Assembly: GCF_049840635.1 (NCBI RefSeq)
Contig: NZ_JASGKL010000004.1
Location: forward strand, 380,605 to 444,604
Direction: 5' to 3'
DNA from: Propionicimonas sp.
GTDB lineage: Bacteria; Actinomycetota; Actinomycetes; Propionibacteriales; Propionibacteriaceae
DNA: 64,000 nucleotides
Position 1 is the first letter of the stretch. The number at the start of each line of letters is the position of its first letter. Below the pieces are notes generated by a model that was given only the letters and a program-made list of their open reading frames with translations, was not told the origin of the DNA and searched no databases. Shown here piece by piece: positions 38,360 to 48,346 of the stretch. The position numbers and the translations under genes are program-made.

Positions 38360-40930
38360 TCAGCGGTCCGGGGTGGCCCTCCAGATGCGGGTGAGGTAGT
38401 CGCGCATCGAGCGGTCGGAGGAGAAGAACCCGCAGCGGGCGACGTTGCGGATCGAGGCCTTCGTCCACTCCTCCTTGTTCACGTACGCCTTCTCCACCTT
38501 CGCCTGGGCGTCGATGTAGGACTGGTAGTCGGCCAGCGCCATGAACCGGTCCTGGTAGAGCAGGTTCGACACCACCGGCTCGAAGGCGTTGCGGTCACCG
38601 TCGCTGAACGCTCCGGACGAGATCAGGTCGATCGCGCCCTTCAGGTCCGCGTTCTCCTCGTAGTACTTCGTCGGCTGGTAGCCGGACGCGCCGAGCTCGG
38701 CGACCTCCGGCTCGGACATGCCGAACAGGAAGAAGTTCGCGTCCCCGACCAGCTGGCGGATCTCGACGTTCGCGCCGTCGTCCGTGCCGATGGTCAGGGC
38801 GCCGTTGAGGGCGAACTTCATGTTGCCGGTGCCGGACGCCTCCAGGCCGGCCAGCGAGATCTGCTCGCTCAGGTCGGCGGCCGGGATCAGCTTCTCGGCG
38901 AGGGTCACGTTGTAGTTCGCGGGGAACGCCACGCTGAGGCGTCCCTTGAGGCGGGTGTCGGCGTTGATCGTCGCCGCGACGGAGTTGATCAGGTAGATCG
39001 TGTCCTTGGCCATCTTGTAGCCGGGCGCGGCCTTGGCGCCGAACACGACCGTGCGCGGCAGGATCGTGGCCGGGTCGACGCGACCCGAGATCAGCTGGTC
39101 GTACAGCGTCACCAGGTGGAGCAGCTTCAGCGTCTGCCGCTTGTACTCGTGCAGCCGCTTCACCATCACGTCCAGCAGGTGCCCGTCGGGGAGGTCGATC
39201 CCGTCCCTGGTGCGCAGCAGGTCGTACAGGCGGGCCTTGTTCAACTCCTTGGCCTTGCGGAACGCGCGCCGGAAGTCCTCGTCCTCTGCGTAGGGCTCGA
39301 GTTCTGCCAGTCGGTCCAGGTCGGTCACCCAGCCCGGCCCGACCGTGTCGGTGATCAGCTCCGAGAGCCACGGGTTCGCCATCTTGATGAACCGCCGCGG
39401 TGTCACCCCGTTCGTCACGTTGGTGAACTTGTCCGGGTAGTACTCCGAGAAGTCGGGGAGGACCTTCTGCGCGAGCAGCTGCGAGTGCAGCGCCGCGACA
39501 CCGTTCACCTTGATGCCGGCGACCGTGGCGAGGTTGGCCATCCGCACCGAGCGCTCGGGGTAGTCCGCCACGATCGACATCCGGCGCGCCTTCAGCTCGT
39601 CGTCGGGGTAGGCGGTGCGGACGCCGGCGAGGAACTCGTCGTTGATCCGGTAGATGATCTCGAGGTGGCGGGGCAGCAGGCGTCCCAGCAGGTCGGTGGA
39701 CCACGTCTCCAGCGCCTCGGGCAGGAGGGTGTGGCAGGTGTACGCGAAGCACTGGCTGGTGACCGCCCAGGCCTCGTCCCAGTCCCACTTCTTCTCGTCG
39801 ACCAGGATGCGCATCAGCTCGGGGACCCCGATCACGGGGTGGGTGTCGTTCAGCTGGAACACGATCCGCTCGGGCAGGCGGTGCAGGTCGAAGTCCGGCT
39901 CGAGGATCTGGTCGATGAAGTCCCGCACCGAGCAGGCGACGAAAAAGTACTGCTGCTGCAGGCGCAACTCCTTGCCCTGCGGCGTCGAGTCCTCGGGGTA
40001 GAGCACCTTGGTGATGTTCTCGGCGAAGGTCTGGGCACGGACGGCCTCGGCGTAGTCGCCGGCGTTGAAGATCGACAGGTCGAACGCCTTGGTGGCCTGC
40101 GCGCTCCACAGCCGCAGCGTGTTCACGCGTCCGTTCTGGTAGCCGGGGACCATGTAGTTGTAGGGGATGCCGAGGACGTTCCAGGCCGGCACCCAGCGCG
40201 TCCGCTGCGTCCCGTTGTCGTCCCAGGTCTCGGTGTGGCCGCCGAAGTCCACCTGGACGGCGGCCTCCGGGTGCGGGAACTCCCACGGGGCGCCGAGCGA
40301 CAGCCAGGTGTCCGGCTGCTCGACCTGGCGGCCGTCGACGAACGTCTGGCGGAAGATGCCGTACTCGTAGCGGATGCCGTAGCCGATGCACGGGACGCTC
40401 ATCGTCGCGAGCGAGTCGATGAAGCACGCGGCGAGGCGGCCGAGGCCGCCGTTGCCGAGGCCGGGCTCCACCTCCTGCGCGCGCAGCGTGACGAGGTCGA
40501 GCCCGCAGCTCTCCAGCGCCTTGGCCGCGACCTCGTTGAGGTCGGTCGCCATCAGGGCGTTGCCGAGCTGGCGGCCGAGCAGGTATTCCGCGGAAAGGTA
40601 GCCGACGTACTTCGCCTCGGACTGTCGGTTGTGGCGCAGCGTCTCCAGCCAGCGCGCCATCAGGTAGTGCCGGACGGTGCGCGCGAGCGCGAGGTACTGG
40701 TCGTTGACGCTGGAGCGCGACAGCGCGACGCCCTGGCCGGTGTTCAGCTCGCGCAGGAACTCCCGGACGAAGCCGTCCACCGAGTGCGGCGGAGCGGCGA
40801 CCGGCGCGAGGGCCAGCGGGTGCGTGGGCGTGGTGACCGGGCCGAGCGTGGCCACGCCGGTGGTCGGCTGCTCGTCGGCCGGGGCGCCCGCGTCGGGAAC
40901 GACAGGATCTGAAACGGTGTCAGCGCTCAT
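38360..40930 (-). CDS. glgP: Glycogen/maltodextrin phosphorylase
   Basis: LGNGGLGRLAACF, LNDTHP, KRLHEYKRQ, PLP site EASGTGNMK. Confidence 0.96.
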   Translation of the reverse strand: MSADTVSDPVVPDAGAPADEQPTTGVATLGPVTTPTHPLALAPVAAPPHSVDGFVREFLRELNTGQGVALSRSSVNDQYLALARTVRHYLMARWLETLRHNRQSEAKYVGYLSAEYLLGRQLGNALMATDLNEVAAKALESCGLDLVTLRAQEVEPGLGNGGLGRLAACFIDSLATMSVPCIGYGIRYEYGIFRQTFVDGRQVEQPDTWLSLGAPWEFPHPEAAVQVDFGGHTETWDDNGTQRTRWVPAWNVLGIPYNYMVPGYQNGRVNTLRLWSAQATKAFDLSIFNAGDYAEAVRAQTFAENITKVLYPEDSTPQGKELRLQQQYFFVACSVRDFIDQILEPDFDLHRLPERIVFQLNDTHPVIGVPELMRILVDEKKWDWDEAWAVTSQCFAYTCHTLLPEALETWSTDLLGRLLPRHLEIIYRINDEFLAGVRTAYPDDELKARRMSIVADYPERSVRMANLATVAGIKVNGVAALHSQLLAQKVLPDFSEYYPDKFTNVTNGVTPRRFIKMANPWLSELITDTVGPGWVTDLDRLAELEPYAEDEDFRRAFRKAKELNKARLYDLLRTRDGIDLPDGHLLDVMVKRLHEYKRQTLKLLHLVTLYDQLISGRVDPATILPRTVVFGAKAAPGYKMAKDTIYLINSVAATINADTRLKGRLSVAFPANYNVTLAEKLIPAADLSEQISLAGLEASGTGNMKFALNGALTIGTDDGANVEIRQLVGDANFFLFGMSEPEVAELGASGYQPTKYYEENADLKGAIDLISSGAFSDGDRNAFEPVVSNLLYQDRFMALADYQSYIDAQAKVEKAYVNKEEWTKASIRNVARCGFFSSDRSMRDYLTRIWRATPDR

Positions 40931-40939
40931 TGCGCCACC

Positions 40940-40957
40940 GTAACGCGGTCGCGTTAC
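40940..40957. promoter_or_regulatory. Palindromic operator candidate upstream of glgP
   Basis: GTAACGCG-GT-CGCGTTAC, 10 bp upstream of the ATG. Confidence 0.45.
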
Positions 40958-41045
40958 AGGCAGGCAACTTGATCACCCCCGACCGGGGGCTTGACAGGGC
41001 CCGGACGAAGACAAACGAAGGTGATCGCAGGTGTGGTGCCTGTGC

Positions 41046-41891
41046 TCAGTGCCTGTGGTCGAGCCCGATGTCGAGGACGCGGGCGGAGTGGGTCAGCCAG
41101 CCGACCGAGATCAGGTCGACGCCGGCTTCGGCGAGCGGGACGGCGCTGGCCGGCGTGATCCGTCCGGATGCCTCGGTGACCAGGCGTCCGGCCACCATCG
41201 CGACCGCCTCGCGCAGCAGGTCGGGGCCCATGTTGTCGAGCAGGACGGCGTCCACGCCGAGGGGGAGCAGCTCCTCGAGCTGGGCCAGCGAGTCGACCTC
41301 CACCTCGATCTTGACCAGGTGGCCGACGTGCGCCTTCGCCGCGGCGACGGCCGGGGTGATGCCGCCGGCGACCGCGATGTGGTTGTCCTTGATCAGGACC
41401 GCGTCGTCGAGGCCGAACCGGTGGTTGCTGCCCCCGCCGGCGACCACCGCGTGCTTCTGCAGCGCGCGCAGGCCGGGGATCGTCTTGCGGGTGTCGGCGA
41501 CCCGGGCGCGCGTGTGGGCGATCGCGTCCGCGATGGTGGCCGTGCCGGTGGCGACGCCGGACAGGTGGCCGAGGAAGTTGAGCGCCACCCGTTCGCCGCT
41601 GAGCAGGCCGCGGGCGGGCCCGGTGGCCGTGCCGATCACGGTGCCGGGCTGGACGCGGCTTCCGTCGGGCAGCAGGTCGGTGACCGCGATCCGGGGGTCG
41701 ACGAGTTCCCAGGCCAGGCGTGCGCAGTCGGTGCCGGCGACCACGCCCGGCTCGCGGGCGACGAGGTCGACGGTGGCGGTCGCGTCGGCGGCGATGATCG
41801 CGTCGGTGGTGATGTCACCGGCCCGGCCGAGGTCCTCCAGAAGGGCCGCGCGGACGAGCGGTTCGATCACGAGCCGCGGCAGGGCCCTCAC
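41046..41891 (-). CDS. nadC: Nicotinate-nucleotide pyrophosphorylase (carboxylating)
   Basis: EDLGRAGDITT, DTRKTIPG, HRFGLDDAVLIKDNH, LLDNM, EASG. Confidence 0.96.
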   Translation of the reverse strand: MRALPRLVIEPLVRAALLEDLGRAGDITTDAIIAADATATVDLVAREPGVVAGTDCARLAWELVDPRIAVTDLLPDGSRVQPGTVIGTATGPARGLLSGERVALNFLGHLSGVATGTATIADAIAHTRARVADTRKTIPGLRALQKHAVVAGGGSNHRFGLDDAVLIKDNHIAVAGGITPAVAAAKAHVGHLVKIEVEVDSLAQLEELLPLGVDAVLLDNMGPDLLREAVAMVAGRLVTEASGRITPASAVPLAEAGVDLISVGWLTHSARVLDIGLDHRH

Positions 41892-43405
41892 CGGACGCTC
41901 CCGGACGCCTCGACCCGCGGGAGGTCGACGGTGGCGTCGGGGTGCACGAGGACGTGCCCGGCGAGCGGCGCGGTCTCGGGGAAGTCGAGGCGGGTGTGGC
42001 CGCCGCGGGACTCCTGCCGGCGCAGCGCGGCCCCGACCAGTAGGTGGCCGACCAGTCCCGCGTCGTGGTTCCGGTAGGGCTCGAGGGCGGCCAGGGCCGA
42101 GCGCAAGCCGTCCGCGTCCCTCAGGACGCCGGCGCCCCCGCTGACGATGTCGCGCACGGCGTCCACCACCGGGTCGGGCGACCACCCCTGCGGGTCGGGG
42201 AAGGTGCGCGACGGGGCCGGGGTGCCCGCCGACACGCGCGTATCGCGCCAGTGCCGGGCCACCCTGCGTCCGCACACGACCGCCTCCAGCAGGGAGTTGC
42301 TGGCGAGCCGGTTCGCGCCGTGCAGGCCGGTGGACGCGACCTCGCCGGCGGCGTAGAGGCCGGGCACGGTGGTCGCTCCGTCGAGGTCAACCTGGACGCC
42401 ACCCATGTGGTAGTGGGCGGCGGGACGCACCGGCAGGAGGTCCTTCGCCGGGTCGAGGCCCGCAGCCAGCGCGGTGGCGTGGATCGACCCGAACAGTTCG
42501 GCGAACCGCTCGCCGGGCTCCTTCGTCGCGTCCAGGAACACCCGGTGGCCGGACTGGAGCTGAGCCCACTCGGCGCGGGAGACGATGTCGCGGGCCGACA
42601 GCGGGTTGCGCAGCACCCACTCGCCGCGTTCGTTGACCAGGATCGCGCCCTCGCCGCGGACCGCCTCGCTGACCAGGGGCATCGGGTCGACCCCGACGTC
42701 GAGGGCGGTCGGGTGGAACTGCACCATCTCGATGTCGCGCAGCACCGCGCCCGCGCGGTGGGCGAGCGCGAGGCCCTGGCCGCGGGACGACAGCGGGTTG
42801 GTGGTGTGCAGGAACAGCCCGCCCACGCCGCCGGTCGCCAGCAGCACGGTGTCGCTGCGCAGTTCGACGAGGCCGTCCGGGGTGTCGACGAGCACGCCGA
42901 CGACGCGTCCGGACTCGGTGAGGACCTCGCGGGCGGGGCTGTGGTCCCACAGCGAGACGGACCCCAGGCGGCGGGCGGCGTCCACCACGGTCTGGAGCAG
43001 CTCCGCGCCCGTCCGGTCGCCGTGGGCGTGGACGATCCGCCTGCGGCTGTGGGCTCCCTCCAACCCGAGCCGCAGGCGGCCGTCGCCGGCACGATCGAAG
43101 TGGGCGCCCTGCGCGGTGAGCCAGCCGATGGCGTCCGGGCCGGCGGCGGTGAGCCTCGCGACCACGTCCGGGTCGCACAGGCCCGCACCGGCGGAGAGGG
43201 TGTCCAGGGCGTGCAACTCGGGGGAGTCGTCCGGGCCGACGGCGGCGGCGACTCCGCCCTGCGCCCAGCCGGTGGACGTTCCGGTGCTGACCGCGCCCGC
43301 GCTGAGCACGACGCAGGGGAGCGGGGCGAGTTCGATGGCGGCGGTGAGCCCGGCGAGCCCCGCGCCGACGATGACCGGCCCGCCGGCTTCCACCACGGTG
43401 GTCAC
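41888..43405 (-). CDS. nadB: L-aspartate oxidase
   Basis: GAGLAG, WAQGGVAA, QFHPT, SEAVRGEG, AHYHMGG, GANRLASNSLLE. Confidence 0.95.
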   Translation of the reverse strand: MTTVVEAGGPVIVGAGLAGLTAAIELAPLPCVVLSAGAVSTGTSTGWAQGGVAAAVGPDDSPELHALDTLSAGAGLCDPDVVARLTAAGPDAIGWLTAQGAHFDRAGDGRLRLGLEGAHSRRRIVHAHGDRTGAELLQTVVDAARRLGSVSLWDHSPAREVLTESGRVVGVLVDTPDGLVELRSDTVLLATGGVGGLFLHTTNPLSSRGQGLALAHRAGAVLRDIEMVQFHPTALDVGVDPMPLVSEAVRGEGAILVNERGEWVLRNPLSARDIVSRAEWAQLQSGHRVFLDATKEPGERFAELFGSIHATALAAGLDPAKDLLPVRPAAHYHMGGVQVDLDGATTVPGLYAAGEVASTGLHGANRLASNSLLEAVVCGRRVARHWRDTRVSAGTPAPSRTFPDPQGWSPDPVVDAVRDIVSGGAGVLRDADGLRSALAALEPYRNHDAGLVGHLLVGAALRRQESRGGHTRLDFPETAPLAGHVLVHPDATVDLPRVEASGSVR

Positions 43406-44388
43406 TTCGACGCCCCGACGGCGAGCATGCGGTCGACCGAGCGGCGGGCCCGCTCGGCGACGTCGGCGGGGATCGTCACCTCGTTGGTCATCGTCTCCAG
43501 CGCGTGCCGGATCGCGCCCAGGGTGTTCCGCTTCATGTGCGGGCACAGGTTGCACGGCCGGATGAACTCGACGTCGGGGTAGGCCTGGGCGACGTTGTCG
43601 CTCATCGAGCACTCGGTGATCAGGGCGACCTGGCGCGGGCGCCGCGCGTCCACGAACTGCACCATCTGGGCGGTCGAGCCCGCGTAGTCGGCCTCGTCGA
43701 CGACGTCCGGCGGGCACTCGGGGTGGGCGAGGACGGTGACGCCGGGATGGTCGGCCCGGACCTGCCGGATGTCGTCGGGGGTGAACCGCTCGTGCACCTC
43801 GCAGGCGCCGGGGTGGACGACCACCTCGACGCCGGTCTGCCGGGCGACGTTCGCGGCCAGGAAGCGGTCGGGAATCATGATCACCTTCGGCACCCCGAGG
43901 CTCTCGATCACGGCCACGGCGTTGCCGGAGGTGCAGCAGATGTCCGACTCGGCCTTCACTGCGGCGGACGTGTTCACGTACGTGACGACAGGCACGCCCG
44001 GGTGTGCGGCGCGCAGCGCGCGGACGTCCTGCGGGGTGATCGACTCGGCCAGCGAGCAGCCCGAGCGCAGGTCGGGGATCAGGACGGTCCTGGTCGGGTT
44101 CAGCAGCTTGGCCGTCTCCGCCATGAAGTGGACACCGGCCAGCACGATCACGTCCGCGTCCACCTCGACCGCCTCGCGGGCCAGGGCGAGGGAGTCCCCG
44201 ACGATGTCGGAGACCCCGTGGAAGATCTCGGGCGTCATGTAGTTGTGGGCGAGGATCACGGCGTTGCGCTCGCGCTTGAGCCGCAGGATCGCGTCCACGT
44301 CGTCGGCCATGGTGGCCCACTCGACGGACGGGATCACGTGCGCGACCTTCTCGTACAGGTCGGCGGCGGTGTGGAGGGTTGCGGTCAT
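43402..44388 (-). CDS. nadA: Quinolinate synthase A
   Basis: LAHNY, GVHFMAET, GCSLA, YVNT, CEVHE, HPEC, CNLCPHM. Confidence 0.96.
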   Translation of the reverse strand: MTATLHTAADLYEKVAHVIPSVEWATMADDVDAILRLKRERNAVILAHNYMTPEIFHGVSDIVGDSLALAREAVEVDADVIVLAGVHFMAETAKLLNPTRTVLIPDLRSGCSLAESITPQDVRALRAAHPGVPVVTYVNTSAAVKAESDICCTSGNAVAVIESLGVPKVIMIPDRFLAANVARQTGVEVVVHPGACEVHERFTPDDIRQVRADHPGVTVLAHPECPPDVVDEADYAGSTAQMVQFVDARRPRQVALITECSMSDNVAQAYPDVEFIRPCNLCPHMKRNTLGAIRHALETMTNEVTIPADVAERARRSVDRMLAVGASK

Positions 44389-44409
44389 CGGGGATCCCTT
44401 CGTCGCGGC

Positions 44410-44464
44410 TTATGCTACTTCTGAGCAAAAGCGCGGTCCCGAGTATTCCACGTTCTGAGCAAAA
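44410..44464. promoter_or_regulatory. Two candidate NrtR operators upstream of nadA
   Basis: TTATGCT-N7-AGCAAAA (44410-44430, near-palindromic 21-mer) and TATTCCA-N7-AGCAAAA (44444-44464). Confidence 0.65.
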
Positions 44465-44503
44465 GTCCCAAACCAAGGGTCAGCCTCGGGTCCTCTCTCA
44501 CAA

Positions 44504-44565
44504 ACGCTCCCGAAACTCGTTCCCGCTCCCGAAGTTTCGGGAGCTTCTGCGTGTTTCGGGAGCGT
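44504..44565. repeat. Nested inverted repeat (CGCTCCCGAA family)
   Basis: Outer ACGCTCCCGAAAC/GTTTCGGGAGCGT and inner GCTCCCGAA/TTCGGGAGC. Confidence 0.65.
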
Positions 44566-44601
44566 CTGCGACGCGTGGGACGGGTGGGACGGGCGGGCGC
44601 C

Positions 44602-45501
44602 TCAGCGGGCGCGGGCGGTCGGCACCTTGGTGCCGGCCACGTGGCGCTCCTGGAGCACCTGGCGGCGGAAGCGGTAGAGGCGGGCCGGGCGACCGCCGGT
44701 CTCCAGCAGGGCGCCGGTCTCCTCGACGAGGTCCTGCTGCTCGATCAGCCGCCGGAAGTTCTGGGTGTGGACGGCGTGGCCGGAGAGCGCCTCGACGCCG
44801 TCCTGGAGCTGGCGGAGCGTGAACGCGGCCGGCATCAGCTCGAACACGACCGGCCGGTAGCCGATCTTGGCCCGCAGCCGCGCGATGCCGGTCGCGAGTG
44901 CCCTGCGGTGGTCGCCGAGCATCCGTCCGCCCGGAGCCAGCTCGCCGTCGGGGCGTCGGGTCTCGTCGGGGGCCTCGGCGACCAGGCCCGCCTCGTACAG
45001 CAGCTCGTAGCGCTGCAGCGTGAGCTCGGGCTGCCACGCGCGCCCGGCCAGGCCGAAGCTGATCGCCACCCGCTGGAGCCGCTCGTCGCGGCGGTCCGCG
45101 TCCGCGTCCGCCCAGGCCCGCAACCGGTCGACGACCGGTTCAGCCCCCGATCCGCCCGCGTCGCGGTGGTCCTCCCAGGGGAAGAGCTCGTACCAGCCGG
45201 TCCACCCGCCGATGCCGGGCTCGCCCGGCGTGGTCAGCCCGAGGTAGGAGATCGAGATCCGCCGGCCGCGGTCGTCCCGGTCGAGGTCGGCGAAGGTGTA
45301 CAGCTGTTCGAGGTAGCCGAGCCTGCGTCCGGTCTGCTCCTCGACCCAGGCCCGGGTCGCGGCCTGCAACGACCGGTGGCTCGGCAGCAGGGGCCCGGCG
45401 GGCAGCCGTGGCGGCTCCCCGAGGGTCAGGACGGCAGGCCGTCCGTCCACCATCGCGACGACGACGGCGAGGAGTTCGGCCGTCACGGCCCGCCCGCTCA
45501 T
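44602..45501 (-). CDS. nrtR: NrtR-family regulator (degenerate Nudix plus winged helix)
   Basis: GYLEQLYTF, FTLRQLQ, NFRR, GGRPARLYRF; directly upstream of nadABC. Confidence 0.88.
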   Translation of the reverse strand: MSGRAVTAELLAVVVAMVDGRPAVLTLGEPPRLPAGPLLPSHRSLQAATRAWVEEQTGRRLGYLEQLYTFADLDRDDRGRRISISYLGLTTPGEPGIGGWTGWYELFPWEDHRDAGGSGAEPVVDRLRAWADADADRRDERLQRVAISFGLAGRAWQPELTLQRYELLYEAGLVAEAPDETRRPDGELAPGGRMLGDHRRALATGIARLRAKIGYRPVVFELMPAAFTLRQLQDGVEALSGHAVHTQNFRRLIEQQDLVEETGALLETGGRPARLYRFRRQVLQERHVAGTKVPTARAR

Positions 45502-45579
45502 GACACCTCCTGCGTCGTCTCGCGTCAGGATAGCGATGCGGCTCCCGGCTGTCTGTCGAGGCCTTGTTAGGCTCGCTGC

Positions 45580-47376
45580 ATGAAGCGCCTGTGGATGACG
45601 CTGTTGGCCCTGCTGTTCGTCGCCGTGCCGCTCGTGGCCGCGCCGGCGCAGGCCCACGCGGACAGTGGGGACGGCCGGATCACCGACTACCGCGTCGCGG
45701 CCACCGTGGATGCCGGCGGCACCACCTCCGTGCAGCTGTCGATCACCTACGCGTTCGACTCGACCGGCCACGGCATCTACCTCACGTTCCCCCTGCGCCA
45801 GGAGATCGCGGACGATCCCGACCACTGGCGCATGCTCGACATGACGATCGGCGCGGTCACCAGCCCGAGCGGGGCGAACACCGAGACCAGCACCGAGGAG
45901 GAGGACGGCAACCTGCTGGTGCGGGTGGGATCGGAGTCCGAGTCGTACAGCGGAGTACAGACCTATGAGGTGAACTACACGATCCGCGGGCTGATCGCTC
46001 CCCGCCAGGCCCAGTCCGGCCTCGACGAGGTCAACTGGAACGCGGTCGGGACGGGCTGGGAGGTGCCGATCGACGCCGCGTCCGTCACCGTGACCGGCCC
46101 CGTCGACGTGACGAGGGTGAGCTGCTTCTCCGGGTCCGGGTTCGACCAGCCGTGCGAGGCGAGCAGTTCCGGCACGGCGGCGAGCTTCTCCGCCACCGGC
46201 GTGGGCGACGGGAACGGGATGCAGGTCACGGCCGGCTTCCCCGCAGGCACCTTCACCGGCGCGGAGGCCCGCCTCGAGCGGCGCTACACCATCGGCAACA
46301 TGTTCCCGGTGACGCCGCTCACCGGCGGTGTCACCGCTGCCCTCACCGCTCTCGGGCTCGGCGCCGTCTTCCAGCGCTCCCGGCGCAGCCGCCGCGACCA
46401 GGTGTACCTCGGCCTCACCCCCGGCGTGGTGCCGGCCCCCGGCCAGGAGACCACGATCGGGTACGACGCGGGGGACGCGCCGGTCGCCGTCCAGTTCACG
46501 CCACCGCAGGGCGCGCGTCCCGGCGAACTCGGCACGCTCACGGACGCGACCGCCGACGACCGCGACGTCACCGCCACCCTGATCGACCTGGCCGTGCGGG
46601 GGCATGTGCGGATCTCCCAGACCGGGAAGAAGGACTGGACGCTGACCAGCCTCGGCACCCCCGACCAGCTCGTCGACTACGAGGCCACCCTGCTGCGGAA
46701 GCTCTTCTCCCGCGGTAGCGAGGTGACCACGGACGACCTCAGGGACTCCCGGTACGCGGACGCCCTCTCCGACACCAAGGCTGCGCTCCACGACAGGGTG
46801 AAGACCGACCTGAAGTGGTTCACGGCCAACCCGGCCCACGTGCGGGCGTGGGCGTTCGTGATCGGCATCCTGATCGCCCTGGCCGGCGTGGGCCTCGGCC
46901 TGTTGTTCGGCGTGTTCGGCTGGGGGCTCGTCGGCGTGGCCGGCGTGCTCACCGGGCTGTTCGTGCTCGCCCGGAGCAACCACTTCGGCTCCCGGACGGC
47001 CACCGGCTCCGCCGTCCTCGCCCAGACCCGCGGCTTCGAGCTGTACCTGCGCACGGCGGAGGCCGACCAGATCCGGTTCGAGGAGGGGATCGACGTCTTC
47101 TCCCGGTACCTGCCCTACGCGGTGATGTTCGGGGTGGCGAAGCGCTGGACCAGGGTGTTCTCCGACCTGGCCGACCAGGGCAGGTACACGTTCAACACGG
47201 CCGGCTGGTACGTGGGCTACGGCTACGGGTTCAACTACCACGGGTTCGCGTCCTCCCTGGACTCGCTCGCCAGCACGATGTCGAGCTCGCTGCAGCACGC
47301 GACCGCCGCGACCAGCGGCGGCTCTGGCTTCTCCGGCGGCGGCGGCTTCGGCGGCGGCGGGGGCGGCGGCTGGTGA
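45580..47376 (+). CDS. DUF2207 domain membrane protein
   Basis: Signal peptide, EVNWNAVGTGW, TLIDLAVRG, YLPYAVMFG, Gly-rich C-terminus GGGGGGW. Confidence 0.88.
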   Translation: MKRLWMTLLALLFVAVPLVAAPAQAHADSGDGRITDYRVAATVDAGGTTSVQLSITYAFDSTGHGIYLTFPLRQEIADDPDHWRMLDMTIGAVTSPSGANTETSTEEEDGNLLVRVGSESESYSGVQTYEVNYTIRGLIAPRQAQSGLDEVNWNAVGTGWEVPIDAASVTVTGPVDVTRVSCFSGSGFDQPCEASSSGTAASFSATGVGDGNGMQVTAGFPAGTFTGAEARLERRYTIGNMFPVTPLTGGVTAALTALGLGAVFQRSRRSRRDQVYLGLTPGVVPAPGQETTIGYDAGDAPVAVQFTPPQGARPGELGTLTDATADDRDVTATLIDLAVRGHVRISQTGKKDWTLTSLGTPDQLVDYEATLLRKLFSRGSEVTTDDLRDSRYADALSDTKAALHDRVKTDLKWFTANPAHVRAWAFVIGILIALAGVGLGLLFGVFGWGLVGVAGVLTGLFVLARSNHFGSRTATGSAVLAQTRGFELYLRTAEADQIRFEEGIDVFSRYLPYAVMFGVAKRWTRVFSDLADQGRYTFNTAGWYVGYGYGFNYHGFASSLDSLASTMSSSLQHATAATSGGSGFSGGGGFGGGGGGGW

Positions 47377-47401
47377 GCCGACGCCGATAGGCTCGGCGAC
47401 C

Positions 47402-48346
47402 ATGGCGCACGCATGGGGTGGGTGGGCGGTTCCCCGCCGTGTCCTGCTGCTCTGCACGGCGGTCGCGGTCGCGCTGCTCGTGCCGCTGGTGGCGGGCTAC
47501 CTGCTCGCGGGCGTGCCGGCCACGCTGGCCATCGCGTTGGGCTACATCGCCTGTTCCGGGCCCGCCCTGCGGCTCCGTCCGCGGCACGCCCTCGCGCTGG
47601 CCGTTCCCGTTGCCATGACCGGCGCCGTGGCCGTCGCCCTGCGCGGACAGCCCGTCGCCGCCGCCTGCTTCGTGGCGCTGTGCTGCCTCCTCGTCGCGCC
47701 GGCGAGCATGGTGGCGGACACCCTGATGGCCGGCCTGCCCAGCGTCGCCGCCGTGCTCGTCGCCGTCCCCGGTGACCTCCAGCCCGGCCCGGTCGCCCTC
47801 TGGCTGCTGGTGGGGGGCGCCGCGGTGGTCGGTCTGGCCGCACTGCTGCCTTCGTCGGGGTCGACGGCGACGGGACTTCCCGCGCGGCGGGCCTGGCTGC
47901 ACGCGAGCGTGATGGGAGTGGTGGTCGGGGCGGCGGTCTACGTGGTCGCCCTCCTCGACTGGCCGCACGGCTACTGGCTGCCGCTCACGTTGAGCATCGT
48001 GCTCCGCCCGTTCGACGACGAGACCCTCCGGAAGTCGTGGCAGCGCGTGCTCGGGACGGTGGCCGGGGCGCTCGTGGCCGTCGTCCTTTCCTTCGTGCTG
48101 CCGCCGTGGGTCGTCGTGGTGGCCGTCGGCGCCTGCCTGGTCCTCGCCCTGTGTTACCTGGTGCGCGCGGACTACCCTCGCCAGGTGATCTTCCTCACGC
48201 CTGTCGTGGTGCTCCTCGGCCCCGCCGTCAGTCCGGGCGGTCTGGCGGTCGAGCGGGTGCTCCTCACCGTCCTGGGTGCCGCCCTCGCAGCGGTGGTGGC
48301 CGTTGGGGTCGCACGGTTCGATCGACGATGGCCGGAGGAGGGGTGA
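47402..48346 (+). CDS. FUSC-family membrane protein
   Basis: HGYWLPLT, QRVLGTVAGA, ERVLLTVLG; multiple TM segments. Confidence 0.8.
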   Translation: MAHAWGGWAVPRRVLLLCTAVAVALLVPLVAGYLLAGVPATLAIALGYIACSGPALRLRPRHALALAVPVAMTGAVAVALRGQPVAAACFVALCCLLVAPASMVADTLMAGLPSVAAVLVAVPGDLQPGPVALWLLVGGAAVVGLAALLPSSGSTATGLPARRAWLHASVMGVVVGAAVYVVALLDWPHGYWLPLTLSIVLRPFDDETLRKSWQRVLGTVAGALVAVVLSFVLPPWVVVVAVGACLVLALCYLVRADYPRQVIFLTPVVVLLGPAVSPGGLAVERVLLTVLGAALAAVVAVGVARFDRRWPEEG

